Shown: positions 29,323 through 38,415 of the stretch, piece by piece
Position numbering within the stretch: the stretch's first letter is position 1
Layout: each line of letters begins with the position of its first letter
Origin: Candidatus Omnitrophota bacterium
Lineage (GTDB): Bacteria > Omnitrophota > Omnitrophia > Omnitrophales > Aquincolibacteriaceae
DNA length: 64,000 nt
Direction of reading: 5' to 3'
Assembly (NCBI GenBank): GCA_035352955.1
Contig: DAOPYQ010000004.1
Location: 99,903-163,902, forward strand
Notes under the pieces: model-generated
What the model was told of the DNA's origin: nothing
What the model saw: the letters and a program-made list of their open reading frames with translations, nothing else
Databases searched by the model: none
Position numbers and translations under genes: made by a program

Positions 29323-29928
29323 CTAGCTCCTGTGCCCTGTCAATATTTTCAGAGCTTCGGAAAGAGTGGATGCTAAATAAAAATTTTCGGGGATCTTAAG
29401 CGAGGGGTCTTTCTTCAAGAATTTCACCAGGTTCCGCAGCCGCTTCCCGAGGAGGATGACAGGCTTTGCGTGAAGTTTCTTGTTCGCCATTTCCCAGACA
29501 AAAAGAAGCTCCGTAAGCGTCCCCGTCGCACCGTCGAGAAAAACGTAGGCGTCACTCATCTTGATCAGTTTGAGAAGGCGTCTCTCCCAGGACGGCATCG
29601 CGATCTCGGCATCCACCCAGCGATTCCGGGGACTGGCTCTTTTTTGAAGAAGGACAGGAACCCCGCCTCGCGCGGGAGAGCTCGTCAAACCGAAGGTGCC
29701 TGTCCCCTTTTTTTGAATCGTGATCCCGGTGTTGTGCCCGCCGCCCAAGCGGCACCCTCTCGCAACCCCTTCCATCACCCCGCCGTACCCCCCATGGCAA
29801 ACATTGAACCCGGCTTGGGCAAGATGCAATCCAAGCTGCACGGATTGCTTATAAACGGGGCTGTTTTCCGCAACGGTACCGCTTCCGAGCACAGCGACCC
29901 AGCGGATCCTAGATTTTCGGGGATTCAA
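29323..29928 (-). CDS. LOG/TIGR00730-family Rossmann-fold protein (cytokinin riboside 5'-monophosphate phosphoribohydrolase-like)
   Basis: Motifs HGGYGGVMEGVARG and LDGATGTLTEL resemble the LOG-family GGGxGxMe / PGGxGTxeEl motifs. There is an internal ~45-aa insertion. Confidence 0.55.
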   Translation of the reverse strand: MNPRKSRIRWVAVLGSGTVAENSPVYKQSVQLGLHLAQAGFNVCHGGYGGVMEGVARGCRLGGGHNTGITIQKKGTGTFGLTSSPARGGVPVLLQKRASPRNRWVDAEIAMPSWERRLLKLIKMSDAYVFLDGATGTLTELLFVWEMANKKLHAKPVILLGKRLRNLVKFLKKDPSLKIPENFYLASTLSEALKILTGHRS

Positions 29929-30604
29929 CCTTCTCGCCTTTCAGGATCTCGGGAATAGGCTTGGCGTCGATCACGATTCCACCGGCATGTTCAATGCGAA
30001 GGGTGTAGATCGTGCCGGGAAGAAACATGGACCCGGGCGCTTCGATCTGGGCATGTTTGATGCCGGCCCGCTCGCGCTTTTGAGGATCCAGCGCATAGTT
30101 CCAGAAATCCGTCCAGAGTTTTTGTTGGAACTCATCCTGCTCCCGGTTCCCTTCGACCCGATAACCTCCGGGGACCTCCCCCGCCTTATTGATCACGCAT
30201 TCCTGGGTCTTCGCACCGTCGAGGACGAACGCCTTCATAAAAAGATAGGCACTTTTCCCGCGCAAACGGTCTCCCGCCGCCACAAACTTGTCAGCGAACC
30301 GGATCACAAGCGACTGAAACTGGATGAGATTGCCTTCGAACGTGAAATACTTCGGTTCAAGCGGTTTCCCCTTGGCATCATATTCGAGGAATTTGATCGT
30401 GGTCTTGATCTTTTTCGTCGCCTCGTCGAACTCGCTTTTGGTCACGAGCACTTCGGCCACGCGCGTCTCGGCAGTAAGCCGGTCGATGATCCTGCGGAGC
30501 ATCCGTTCTTTTCCGATCCACTGATTCACCCCGAGGCTGCCCAAGACCAGCGCAATGCCGACCAAAATGCCGACGATCAGATTGAAGATCTTTGAATTTT
30601 TCAT
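29909..30604 (-). CDS. membrane-anchored hypothetical protein
   Basis: ATG at 30604 (MKNSKIFNLIVGILVGIALVLG) gives an N-terminal TM anchor and ~200 aa of extracytoplasmic domain. No motif hits. Confidence 0.45.
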   Translation of the reverse strand: MKNSKIFNLIVGILVGIALVLGSLGVNQWIGKERMLRRIIDRLTAETRVAEVLVTKSEFDEATKKIKTTIKFLEYDAKGKPLEPKYFTFEGNLIQFQSLVIRFADKFVAAGDRLRGKSAYLFMKAFVLDGAKTQECVINKAGEVPGGYRVEGNREQDEFQQKLWTDFWNYALDPQKRERAGIKHAQIEAPGSMFLPGTIYTLRIEHAGGIVIDAKPIPEILKGEKVESPKI

Positions 30605-30664
30605 GGGAGCATATCCCTCAAAGGGTTCCGGAAACCCCATGGAATTGACGGCTGCGCTAAAGGG

Positions 30665-30738
30665 TGCGCCCGGGCAGGGTCGAACTGCCAACCTTCGCCT
30701 TCGGAGGGCGACACTCTATCCAATTGAGCTACGGGCGC
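30665..30738 (-). tRNA. tRNA-Arg (anticodon CCG)
   Basis: Manual cloverleaf: GCGCCCG-TA-GCTC-AATTGGATA-GAGT-G-TCGCC-CTCCGAA-GGCGA-AGGTT-GGCAG-TTCGACC-CTGCC-CGGGCGC-A. 74 nt, with a CCG anticodon in a 7-nt loop. Confidence 0.85.
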
Positions 30739-30859
30739 AAATCTCAATAATTTTTCTTTTGATAAAAGCTTATTTGCGCCAGCACTTTAGCGCGGGCGCA
30801 AATCTCAGTAATTGTTCTTTTGATAAAAGCTCATTTGCGTCCGCACCATGGTGCGGACG
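30732..30859. repeat. tandem ~64-bp direct duplication of the tRNA-Arg 5' flank, including the first 7 nt of the tRNA
   Basis: CGGGCGCAAATCTCA(-/G)TAATT(T/G)TTCTTTTGATAAAAGCT(T/C)ATTTGCG… occurs at 30732 and at 30796. The second copy ends in the palindrome GTCCGCACCATGGTGCGGAC. Confidence 0.6.
30820..30858 (-). terminator. candidate terminator after the distal pilin gene
   Basis: Perfect palindrome GTCCGCAC-CATG-GTGCGGAC (30839-30858), followed on the minus strand by GCAAATGAGCTTTTATC. Confidence 0.35.
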
Positions 30860-30978
30860 CTTTCCTTCGGCAAAAACCACAACGGCCTGTTACGGCGGGA
30901 AAGTATACCAGATTTTTTAAAACCAGTCTTGAAGGACTTTAGAAAGGCCCGCCCAAACGAGCCGAAGGAGTACGAAAT

Positions 30979-31398
30979 TTAACAGGCAACACCCGTACCC
31001 GGCGCGTAGGGATCATCTCCGGTCCACGTGCCATTCTGATCCAAACAAATACTGACATGGTGAGCGCCATCCAAGCGTTGAGCCTTTGCAATAAACCCGA
31101 CGGGCGAGGCCGTTGCCCCAACCCACCAAAACGTGTAAGTGTCCGACACGACATCAACGCCCAATACTGATTTTATTTCTGCCTGATGGCAATCATCCGC
31201 AATCGGGCAGGCATAAGCGCCGCTATGGCTTGCGAAATAAACTTTCTGAGCGGCCCGAATACGTTTGAGAGCATCGATAGCCTGTTTCGCAGCTGTCTTT
31301 TCAAGGATCTTCGTATAACTGGGGACCGCGATCGCGGCAAGGATCCCCACAACGATCACCACCATCAAAAGCTCAGCCAGAGTAAATCCTCTTTTCAT
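30979..31398 (-). CDS. type IV pilin (prepilin-type N-terminal methylation domain)
   Basis: N-terminal MKRGFTLAELLMVVIVVGILAAIAVP, a class III signal with G-1/F+1/E+5, and a C-terminal Cys pair. Confidence 0.85.
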   Translation of the reverse strand: MKRGFTLAELLMVVIVVGILAAIAVPSYTKILEKTAAKQAIDALKRIRAAQKVYFASHSGAYACPIADDCHQAEIKSVLGVDVVSDTYTFWWVGATASPVGFIAKAQRLDGAHHVSICLDQNGTWTGDDPYAPGTGVAC

Positions 31399-31509
31399 CC
31401 AGATCTTCCTCTTTATTATTGGACCCGGCGCCGGAGCACGCGCCCTGACCGGCGACCCGCATCAAGCGGGAGAACCGTCATCAAAATACCGTTCCAAACA
31501 GGTCCGAAC

Positions 31510-31926
31510 CTAACAGGGAGCGCCCGCCGCCGGCTTAAAAGCGTCAGTCCCGCCCCAAACACAGGCATCCGTGAGCGTAATCGTATTACCACTGCCGTCT
31601 TTCCGGGTCGCCGTCGCGGTAAACGTGGTCGCCGGATTCCCTGCCACGACGTTAAAGGTGTAATTCTCTGCCGTAATCTCGAGATTGAGCACGTTTTTTA
31701 TCTCCTGGGGAGTTGCGCACGACGTTCCCGCGGCGCAAGCATAAACGCCGCCATTGTTCGAAGCGTAGATCTTCTGGGCGCTCCGGATGAGTTGGAGATA
31801 AGCAATGGCCTGCTTGGCCTTTCCTTTTTCGACCGACTTTGAAAAGTTAGGCAAAGCCATCGCCGCCAGAATTCCCGCGACGACGATCACCATCAAAAGT
31901 TCGGCCAACGTAAAACCTTTTTTCAT
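31510..31926 (-). CDS. type IV pilin, paralog of 30979-31398
   Basis: N-terminal MKKGFTLAELLMVIVVAGILAAMALP. Its first ~60 aa are ~60% identical to the neighbouring pilin. Confidence 0.85.
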   Translation of the reverse strand: MKKGFTLAELLMVIVVAGILAAMALPNFSKSVEKGKAKQAIAYLQLIRSAQKIYASNNGGVYACAAGTSCATPQEIKNVLNLEITAENYTFNVVAGNPATTFTATATRKDGSGNTITLTDACVWGGTDAFKPAAGAPC

Positions 31927-31971
31927 AAAAGCCTTCCCTCTCCCCGTGAACCGGCGGCCGAACGCGACCGC

Positions 31972-32325
31972 TTAATTGGCGGTGACTTCGATATCGATCT
32001 TGTACAACCCGTTGAACGCGCCGCTCGTCTGTTTGACCATCGTAATGGTGTTGGGCACTCCATAAAATTCCGGGAAATTGGTCAGATCGTTGGAAGGAAC
32101 CGCGAGTTGCGCGGTATTACAGGCCCCACCCAGCCTCTTGCAGTCCGCAATCGCGTACTGCATCGCCGCTTCGGCAAGATAAGCCGCCCGGATCTCCTGC
32201 TGGCCGGAATATTTTAGGGAAGAATAACTCATAATGAGCGGGAGCAACGCCGCAGTCACGAGTCCGATAAGGATCGTCACCACAAGCACGGTCACGAGCG
32301 CAAAACCTTTTGTTGTTTTCTTCAT
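31972..32325 (-). CDS. PilX-like minor pilin/pseudopilin
   Basis: 117 aa with N-terminal KGFALVTVLVVTILIGLVTAALL (PilX_N-like). Confidence 0.55.
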   Translation of the reverse strand: MKKTTKGFALVTVLVVTILIGLVTAALLPLIMSYSSLKYSGQQEIRAAYLAEAAMQYAIADCKRLGGACNTAQLAVPSNDLTNFPEFYGVPNTITMVKQTSGAFNGLYKIDIEVTAN

Positions 32326-32870
32326 TGAGAGCTCCTTTGGCGCGCGACCACCGTCGTTTCAATGACCTCGCTTGGACCGCCTTTCACTCCTTCTTCATTT
32401 CGTGCTCGCGCCGTCAACTTGATCGTCACAATGTTCGGCACGCCCGGATGAAGGGTAAAAACAAGGCTTTGAAGATCCGTTGCTACTGTGCGCTGTTCCT
32501 GCGTTCCGTCACTCAATCTTGTTTTCGTACATATCAGATACTTCGAGGTCATATCAACGAATTGATAATTATAGGCCGTATCGTCCGCGGGATCAGAAAA
32601 GGTCGGCGTCGCATTTTCATCGACAAACGCTACGAGGTTGGTCGGATTAACGGTAATTCTGTTCGCAATGGCAACCCTGTGAACGATCTCCTCAACCGCG
32701 CCGTAGACGGTATTGGCAAGCGATGCCTCGTCCTTTGTAAAATTAAAAAACGCCCGGTTGTAATGAAGCAAAAGCGCAGTCGCGGTAAAACCGACTACCG
32801 CAAGAAGCGTGGTCGCAACGATCAGCTCGAAAAGTCCCAGCCCGCTCTCGTTTATTTTTAGTCGTTCCAT
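32322..32870 (-). CDS. PilW-like minor pilin (prepilin-type cleavage motif)
   Basis: 182 aa. N-terminal GLGLFELIVATTLLAVVGF has a class III signal-like G/LFELIV motif. Confidence 0.55.
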   Translation of the reverse strand: MERLKINESGLGLFELIVATTLLAVVGFTATALLLHYNRAFFNFTKDEASLANTVYGAVEEIVHRVAIANRITVNPTNLVAFVDENATPTFSDPADDTAYNYQFVDMTSKYLICTKTRLSDGTQEQRTVATDLQSLVFTLHPGVPNIVTIKLTARARNEEGVKGGPSEVIETTVVARQRSSQ

Positions 32871-33297
32871 GTGACCGTCGCCGTCACTTTCTTGTAAGCC
32901 ACGCCGCCGTTCCCGTCAGCAACGTCCCAAACTTTATATTTTCTTGCGCCGCCCTTCGCCAAAAGGGGAACTCCGGCGGGCAAATCTGTTAGCGCTGTGT
33001 TGGTGTATTCCGTCCCGCTGCCGCAGGGCATGCCGAAAGCTTTTCCCGAGCAGGACGCCGTTGAGTCCACGAGCGGAGCCCCCGTCTGCCCTGCCGCAGT
33101 TTGGGCGCTGACGGCATTCCTAAGATTTTCGAGGACTCCGCGAGCGTAGTGCGTGGCCTGAAGATCAAAGCTCCCGCTGGGGCTCCGGCGCTTGTCCCCG
33201 CTCATCAGTGAGGTCATCGAAGTGATCCCCAACGCGAGAATGGCCAAAAGGACGAAACTGACCATTACCTCCAGCAACGACATTCCTCTGCGATCCA
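32858..33297 (-). CDS. PilV-like minor pilin
   Basis: ATG at 33297 gives MDRRGMSLLEVMVSFVLLAILALGI, a prepilin N-terminus. The longer ORF to 33415 is rejected. Confidence 0.6.
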
Positions 33298-33458
33298 TGG
33301 CGCTCCCTTCCTTTCCACTCCTCACAAAAAAAAACGCTTGAGTTATGATAGCACCGGCAACGAAAAGGTCAAATGGCGACAAATCCGTTCCGCGCAACCC
33401 CCGGCCCGTCTTCACCTTCCTCTTTTATCGGCCGTCACGGCGATTCCAAAAGCTTTCG

Positions 33459-34667
33459 TTATTCGGAAAATCCCTGGATCTTCGAGACCTGAGCGCCGGG
33501 ATAATAGTATCCGAGGATCTCCTGATAGCTATAACCGAGCTCTCCGAGATATTTCATCCCGTACTGGCAAAGCCCCACGCCGTGCCCCCACCCCCGTCCA
33601 CGAAACACAAAAACGCCGCCCGCCCCCGTCCCGATCCGCGTGATCAAATTGCTTTTCAGACGCATCGGATCGATCCAGACACGGAACGCATCCGCATCCA
33701 GATTCTTCTCCCACCAAGTGCTTTTAATGGTCAGGGTGTGCACACGGCCCGTTTTGTCGATCTTTCCGGTCTTGATGCTCAAAACCTCATTAACCGGCAT
33801 CCCGTGTTTCGCCAGTTTTTCCTTGATCTCCGCCGCCGTGACTTTCGCCTCCCACCGGTAATGCGGGGAATTCTCGCAAAACCGGCACTCGACGCCGCCT
33901 AACGCGGGGTTCGGCTTCACGGGCCAGACCAAATCCGCGGCCGTCGTCGCCCCTCCGCAGGTCGAATGGAAGTAAGCCGGAAAAATTTTCCCGTTGGAGG
34001 TCAGGACCTGCCCCTTCGTGGCCTCGATCGCTTCGGTCGTTTTTTCGTTCTCGATGCGTTTCCCCGCATAGACCTGACTGTTCATGCCGGAGGAAACATC
34101 ATATTCATCGCTCTGGCGTCCCAGCATTTTAAAAAGAGCGAAAGTCCTCGACACCACCGCCTGAGCCTTGAGCGATTCGGCGGACCATTTTGGATTTCCT
34201 TCGAACGGCAGCACCCCTTTCAAATAGTCCTCGAGTTCCGCTTTATTGATAAGATCCAGGCTGCCTTTTTCGTTCCGGTAGATCAAAACCATGTCCCGGA
34301 AAAGGCCGATACGGCTGACACGGACACCGCTCCCCGCGCTCTGGATCACGATAAATTTTCCCGGAACAGTCTTATCCCACCATCGGATCCCTCCGAGGGC
34401 CGGCTTCACGGTCACGCCCGAAAGTTTTTCACCCCGGAAGATCGATCGCCCCTGATCGTCCCAAGCTTCAAACGGCCCCGCGCAACTGATCTGGATCTCG
34501 GATTTGTCCCGCGCGACAAGAATTCGGATCTTCCTGAACGGTTTCATATCCGCGGGCAACGAAAGCGCGCTTTCCTGGCGGTTTTCTCCGGCGCAGAGAA
34601 CTCCGGAAAGGAAGAAAAAGAAAAGACCGGTTACAAAGATCTTTCTGATCTGGATGTGGGTCGGCAT
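33459..34667 (-). CDS. SpoIID/LytB-domain protein (peptidoglycan lytic transglycosylase/amidase-enhancer family)
   Basis: Signal peptide; SpoIID motifs LEDYLKGVLPFEGNPKWSAESLKAQAVVSRTFAL and FHSTCGGATT. It is the first gene of the pilin cluster. Confidence 0.8.
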   Translation of the reverse strand: MPTHIQIRKIFVTGLFFFFLSGVLCAGENRQESALSLPADMKPFRKIRILVARDKSEIQISCAGPFEAWDDQGRSIFRGEKLSGVTVKPALGGIRWWDKTVPGKFIVIQSAGSGVRVSRIGLFRDMVLIYRNEKGSLDLINKAELEDYLKGVLPFEGNPKWSAESLKAQAVVSRTFALFKMLGRQSDEYDVSSGMNSQVYAGKRIENEKTTEAIEATKGQVLTSNGKIFPAYFHSTCGGATTAADLVWPVKPNPALGGVECRFCENSPHYRWEAKVTAAEIKEKLAKHGMPVNEVLSIKTGKIDKTGRVHTLTIKSTWWEKNLDADAFRVWIDPMRLKSNLITRIGTGAGGVFVFRGRGWGHGVGLCQYGMKYLGELGYSYQEILGYYYPGAQVSKIQGFSE

Positions 34668-34703
34668 AGGAGGTGTATTGTAGCAAGGAAGCGCGGCGGG
34701 AGC

Positions 34704-34746
34704 TAAAAATAAAAAACCGGTTGGGCCCTCAAGGAACCCAACCGGT
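34704..34746 (-). terminator. rho-independent terminator after the PG-binding lipoprotein gene
   Basis: 10-bp perfect stem ACCGGTTGGG/CCCAACCGGT, followed on the minus strand by TTTTTTATTTTT. Confidence 0.65.
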
Positions 34747-34767
34747 CTTTAAAATTCTGAAGCGGTC

Positions 34768-35262
34768 TTATTTGATGGAATCGAGATAAGACTTCAGCTT
34801 CGCCCAGGTCTTACGGCCGCAAACGCCGTCAGCCTTGAAGCCGTTGTCTTTCTGGAAAGCCCGGATCGCGTCACGGGTCGCGGGACCGATCTTGCCGTCC
34901 AGCTTGCCGTCGTAGTAACCGGCCTTCTTGAGGGCCTTCTGAATGTTCACGGAAGGAAGCTCAAAACCGGAAGGCGTGCGATAGATACCTTTGATCACGC
35001 CCTCTTCTTCCTGCAGCGCACCGATCTGTGACTCGGTCGCACCTAATTCACCTTGGAGCTGGCCTTTTTTGGCTTCTTCGGCCTGGAGAGCAGCGCGGGT
35101 ATCCTGGAGCGACTGATCCAAACGCACGAGCTCATCGGTCACCACGCCCATTTGCGCCTGAAGCGTATCCACCTTGCGCGAAGTTTTTCTAGACGCGCAA
35201 CCACTCAACGCGATCACGCCGATCATAAGGAACACCACTGTCAAACGAGCTGCTTTTCCCAT
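34768..35262 (-). CDS. lipoprotein with coiled-coil and C-terminal peptidoglycan-binding (PG_binding_1) domain
   Basis: Lipobox LSGCAS, a heptad-rich middle region, and a C-terminal YDGKLDGKIGPATRDAIRAFQKDNGFKADGVCGRKTW resembling PF01471. Confidence 0.65.
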   Translation of the reverse strand: MGKAARLTVVFLMIGVIALSGCASRKTSRKVDTLQAQMGVVTDELVRLDQSLQDTRAALQAEEAKKGQLQGELGATESQIGALQEEEGVIKGIYRTPSGFELPSVNIQKALKKAGYYDGKLDGKIGPATRDAIRAFQKDNGFKADGVCGRKTWAKLKSYLDSIK

Positions 35263-35321
35263 ATTTTTTCTCCTGTTTAAAGTCTTTTGAAGGTGAAAAA
35301 TAAAAGCTTTTGTACAACGGG

Positions 35322-36164
35322 CTAAAGTGTACCAGAAGGGGTCTCCGGAATCAACGGTAAATCTTGCGCGGGCTCGTCCGCGGGACGCACTGCGAACAGC
35401 ATGAATTCCGTGTGCCCGATCATTCTCTGGACTGGACGTGTCTTACCTCCGCGCGCGAGGATCTCTCGCTCTAAAAGTTCGCGGCTTTCCACAAGAATGA
35501 ATCCCTGGGCTCTTAATTCCTCGGCCATCTTTTCGATCTGATTGAACGTGGGGTTGAGACTGACGAGGCGGCCGCCGCCTTTGAGCGCGGCCTTCACCAC
35601 CGAAACCTCTTCCCACGGCTGCGGAATATCCAGAATGACCGCATCAAAACCGGTTTCCGCAAAAGACTCCGTCGCCTGCCGCTGGCAGAATGTCACATGC
35701 GGCCGCAGACCCGCGCGGTCGATGTTCTTGTAGGCGTTCTTCGGAAGATCTTCGCGCCGGTCATAAGTGAACACATGCCCGTCCGGCGCGACGGCTTGCG
35801 CGAGCGCCATCGTCAGGGACCCTGAACCCGTACCGATCTCCATGACCTTGGACCCGCTATGAATGCCGGCCTTCATGATCAACAGCGCTGCGTCCTTCGG
35901 GTAAATGATCCCGCTTTCGCGCGAAGCCTTCATCATGAGATCTTCCATCGTCGGTTTCAAAAGATAGCCGAAGCCGTGCTCGCACACGACCTTTTTGCCG
36001 AACGGCTGGCCGATCCAGCTTTCGACATCCAGCGGCTTGCCGCAGTGGATGGAGGCGCGTTTCCCCCGCGCAACTTCGATCATATAAGTGCGTTCGTCAT
36101 CGAACCAAAGAAGGACAAGGTCCCCTTCTTTGATCCCGCCTGTTATTTCCATTGGATTTCCCAT
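35322..36164 (-). CDS. trmI: tRNA (adenine-N1)-methyltransferase (TrmI/Gcd14 family)
   Basis: SAM-binding motif VMEIGTGSGSLT and overall Gcd14 architecture. An AGGGAA SD is upstream. Confidence 0.8.
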   Translation of the reverse strand: MGNPMEITGGIKEGDLVLLWFDDERTYMIEVARGKRASIHCGKPLDVESWIGQPFGKKVVCEHGFGYLLKPTMEDLMMKASRESGIIYPKDAALLIMKAGIHSGSKVMEIGTGSGSLTMALAQAVAPDGHVFTYDRREDLPKNAYKNIDRAGLRPHVTFCQRQATESFAETGFDAVILDIPQPWEEVSVVKAALKGGGRLVSLNPTFNQIEKMAEELRAQGFILVESRELLEREILARGGKTRPVQRMIGHTEFMLFAVRPADEPAQDLPLIPETPSGTL

Positions 36165-36233
36165 GTCTTTATTCCCTGAAACTGCTCCGTGAATTTCGAT
36201 CGGGACAGGTACGATAGCCTTTCCCAGAATAAT

Positions 36234-36884
36234 TTACCACCCTTTTTCTTTCGCGAGCCGGAGTAACTCGGAAAAATCACGGACGATATGATCCGGTTTG
36301 GCTTCGCGCAGAACCGCTTCACTCGCGAAACCGTGGGACAACGTTACCACCTCCACCCCGCCGTTCCGTGCCGCTTCAATATCGATCGGGCTGTCGCCTA
36401 CAAACAGGACCTCGCCGGCTTCCGACCCCGTCGTTTCCATCAGGTGATGGATCGCGGCCGGATCCGGCTTGAACGGCAAGCCGTTGTCGCCCGCCAGAAT
36501 GGCAATAAAATGATCCGCGACGCCAAGCGACGCGAGGATCTGCGAAGAAAAGGGATTGGGCTTGTTCGTGATCACCGCCTGCTGACGGTCTTTGAAATAT
36601 TCCAGAAATTCGCGCGCGCCCGGGTAAAGGGACGAATGATCAAGCATGTGTTCCTTATAGTGGGCCCGGTAGAGCTTTGCGCCCTTGTCCGCGAGAACGT
36701 CATCCTGGGTGCGAAACACCTGTTTGATCAAGGAATGCAGTCCGGTCCCCACGCAATCCTTGATCTCGTCATCGGTAAGCTCCGGTCCGCTCAATGCTTT
36801 GAGCGCATACCGCACGCTGTTGATGATATCGCGGCGCGTATCGACGAGTGTCCCGTCTAGATCGTACAAAATAAGTTTTTTCAT
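36234..36884 (-). CDS. HAD-family phosphatase (phosphoglycolate phosphatase-like)
   Basis: HAD motif I LYDLDGTLVDT and motif IV GDSPIDIEAARNGG. Confidence 0.75.
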   Translation of the reverse strand: MKKLILYDLDGTLVDTRRDIINSVRYALKALSGPELTDDEIKDCVGTGLHSLIKQVFRTQDDVLADKGAKLYRAHYKEHMLDHSSLYPGAREFLEYFKDRQQAVITNKPNPFSSQILASLGVADHFIAILAGDNGLPFKPDPAAIHHLMETTGSEAGEVLFVGDSPIDIEAARNGGVEVVTLSHGFASEAVLREAKPDHIVRDFSELLRLAKEKGW

Positions 36885-37834
36885 ATGATTTTTGATGGAG
36901 TTCCAGTCGCGGGGATCTTGTCTTCCGTTAAAATGCGTCCGAAAACGTCGGGCATGGCGCTGGTGAAAACCACGGGTTCACCGGTCACGGGATGCATCAG
37001 GGCAAGATGAAATGCGTGAAGCGCGAGGCGTCCGGCCGGATTCGTCTTCGCGCCGTAACGGTCGTCTCCCGCGATCGGATGGCCCATGTCGGAAAGATGG
37101 ACGCGGATCTGGTGTTTGCGCCCGGTCTCAAGCTCCACTTCCAGAAGCGAATAGTGCGCACTTGAACGGAGGACCCTGTAGTGCGTGGTCGAACGTTTGG
37201 CGCCAGCTTCTTCCTTTTTCGTGCTGTAAACTTTCAAAAATTTGTTCTCGCGCAGAAAACTCGTGAGCGTCCCCGCCGGTTTCTGGGGGATCCCTTCCAC
37301 GACTGCATAATATTTTTTCCGGACCTCGGTCCACCCGGACTGAAGCCGCGTCTTGATCTCGAGGTCCTTTGCAAAGATGAGAAGCCCCGACGCTTCCCGG
37401 TCGAGCCGGTGAACGATAAAGATCTTTTTTCTCCGGACCAGTTTTTCGCCCGGCCGGCACGGTCGCCCGGAATTCGCGGCATCCGTTTTGCACACATGTT
37501 CGTTCGCGGCATAAAAAGCAGTCTGCGTCCCAACGCTCTCGGTCGAAACGGTCAAGAGCCCGGAGGGTTTTTCGATCACGAGGATCGCGTCATCCTCATA
37601 CACAATCGTGATGCCGAACTTCGGACGTGCTTCGGGCCGCGCCTCTTTAAGCGAAAGGATCCCGACCTGGTCTCCCGGCACAAGTGGGTGATCGAACTGC
37701 GTGACAATCGCGCCGTTCACTAAGACCGTCCGGAATTTCAGGAGTTGCCGCACGCGCGTCTTCGACGTGTCGGAAAGTTCCTTAAAAAGATATTCCAGAA
37801 GCTTCCCGCCCGACCGGACCTCAAAAGTTCTCAT
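36881..37834 (-). CDS. RluA-family pseudouridine synthase with N-terminal S4 domain (RluC/RluD type)
   Basis: ATG at 37834 (MRTFEV…). It has an S4-like N-terminus and the catalytic motif HRLDREASGLLIFAK. The 95-codon upstream extension of the ORF lacks homology and is rejected. Confidence 0.8.
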   Translation of the reverse strand: MRTFEVRSGGKLLEYLFKELSDTSKTRVRQLLKFRTVLVNGAIVTQFDHPLVPGDQVGILSLKEARPEARPKFGITIVYEDDAILVIEKPSGLLTVSTESVGTQTAFYAANEHVCKTDAANSGRPCRPGEKLVRRKKIFIVHRLDREASGLLIFAKDLEIKTRLQSGWTEVRKKYYAVVEGIPQKPAGTLTSFLRENKFLKVYSTKKEEAGAKRSTTHYRVLRSSAHYSLLEVELETGRKHQIRVHLSDMGHPIAGDDRYGAKTNPAGRLALHAFHLALMHPVTGEPVVFTSAMPDVFGRILTEDKIPATGTPSKII

Positions 37835-38415
37835 GAATACTGCCTGCCTTTCTCTTTGATCTTCAAAAGCTGTCTCTGACGAGGATCCAACTCGCGCCAC
37901 TTCCCCTCCGCGAGACTCCCCAACTCGAAGGCTCCGATAGCGGTACGAACGAGCCGGAGCGTGGGAAATCCCACCGCCGCCGTCATGCGCCGCACCTGCC
38001 GATTCTTGCCTTCTATAAGTTTCAGCTCGACCCAGCTGGTCGGAACGGAAAGACGGAATCGGATCGGCGGATCCCTCGGCGGATAACCCGGATCCGCGAT
38101 CAACCGTGCCTGACACGGCTCGGTCTTGCGCCCCTGGATCATCACTCCCTTTCGCAGCTGCGCCATCGCCTCTTCGGTCGCCAAACCCTCCACCTGAGCG
38201 TGATACGTCCGCTCATGGCCATGCCGCGGATGAAGCAAAAGATCGTTCCATTCCTTCTCATCGCTCAAAAGTAGCAGCCCCTCACTGTCCCAATCGAGTC
38301 GCCCGATCGGATAAACCTGTTCCGGAAATCCGAATTCCGCAAGCGTCCGGTGCTCCGGCTCCTGTTGGGTGAACTGCGATAGGATCCCGTAAGGTTTATG
38401 AAATGCAAGGATCAT
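37831..38415 (-). CDS. rluE: 23S rRNA pseudouridine synthase RluE (RsuA family)
   Basis: Close recall-level match to E. coli RluE: [71 protein letters not shown] at 38415. Confidence 0.85.
   Translation of the reverse strand: MILAFHKPYGILSQFTQQEPEHRTLAEFGFPEQVYPIGRLDWDSEGLLLLSDEKEWNDLLLHPRHGHERTYHAQVEGLATEEAMAQLRKGVMIQGRKTEPCQARLIADPGYPPRDPPIRFRLSVPTSWVELKLIEGKNRQVRRMTAAVGFPTLRLVRTAIGAFELGSLAEGKWRELDPRQRQLLKIKEKGRQYS

Noticed and set aside
30732-30859. Possible CRISPR-like array at the tRNA-Arg flank
   Set aside because: There are only two direct repeats of ~64 bp with no spacer/repeat periodicity and no cas genes. I interpret it as a tandem duplication or integration scar.
30555-30920. 121-aa plus-strand ORF
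   Set aside because: It overlaps the tRNA-Arg gene and the tandem 64-bp repeats. It is an artefact of translating structured non-coding DNA.
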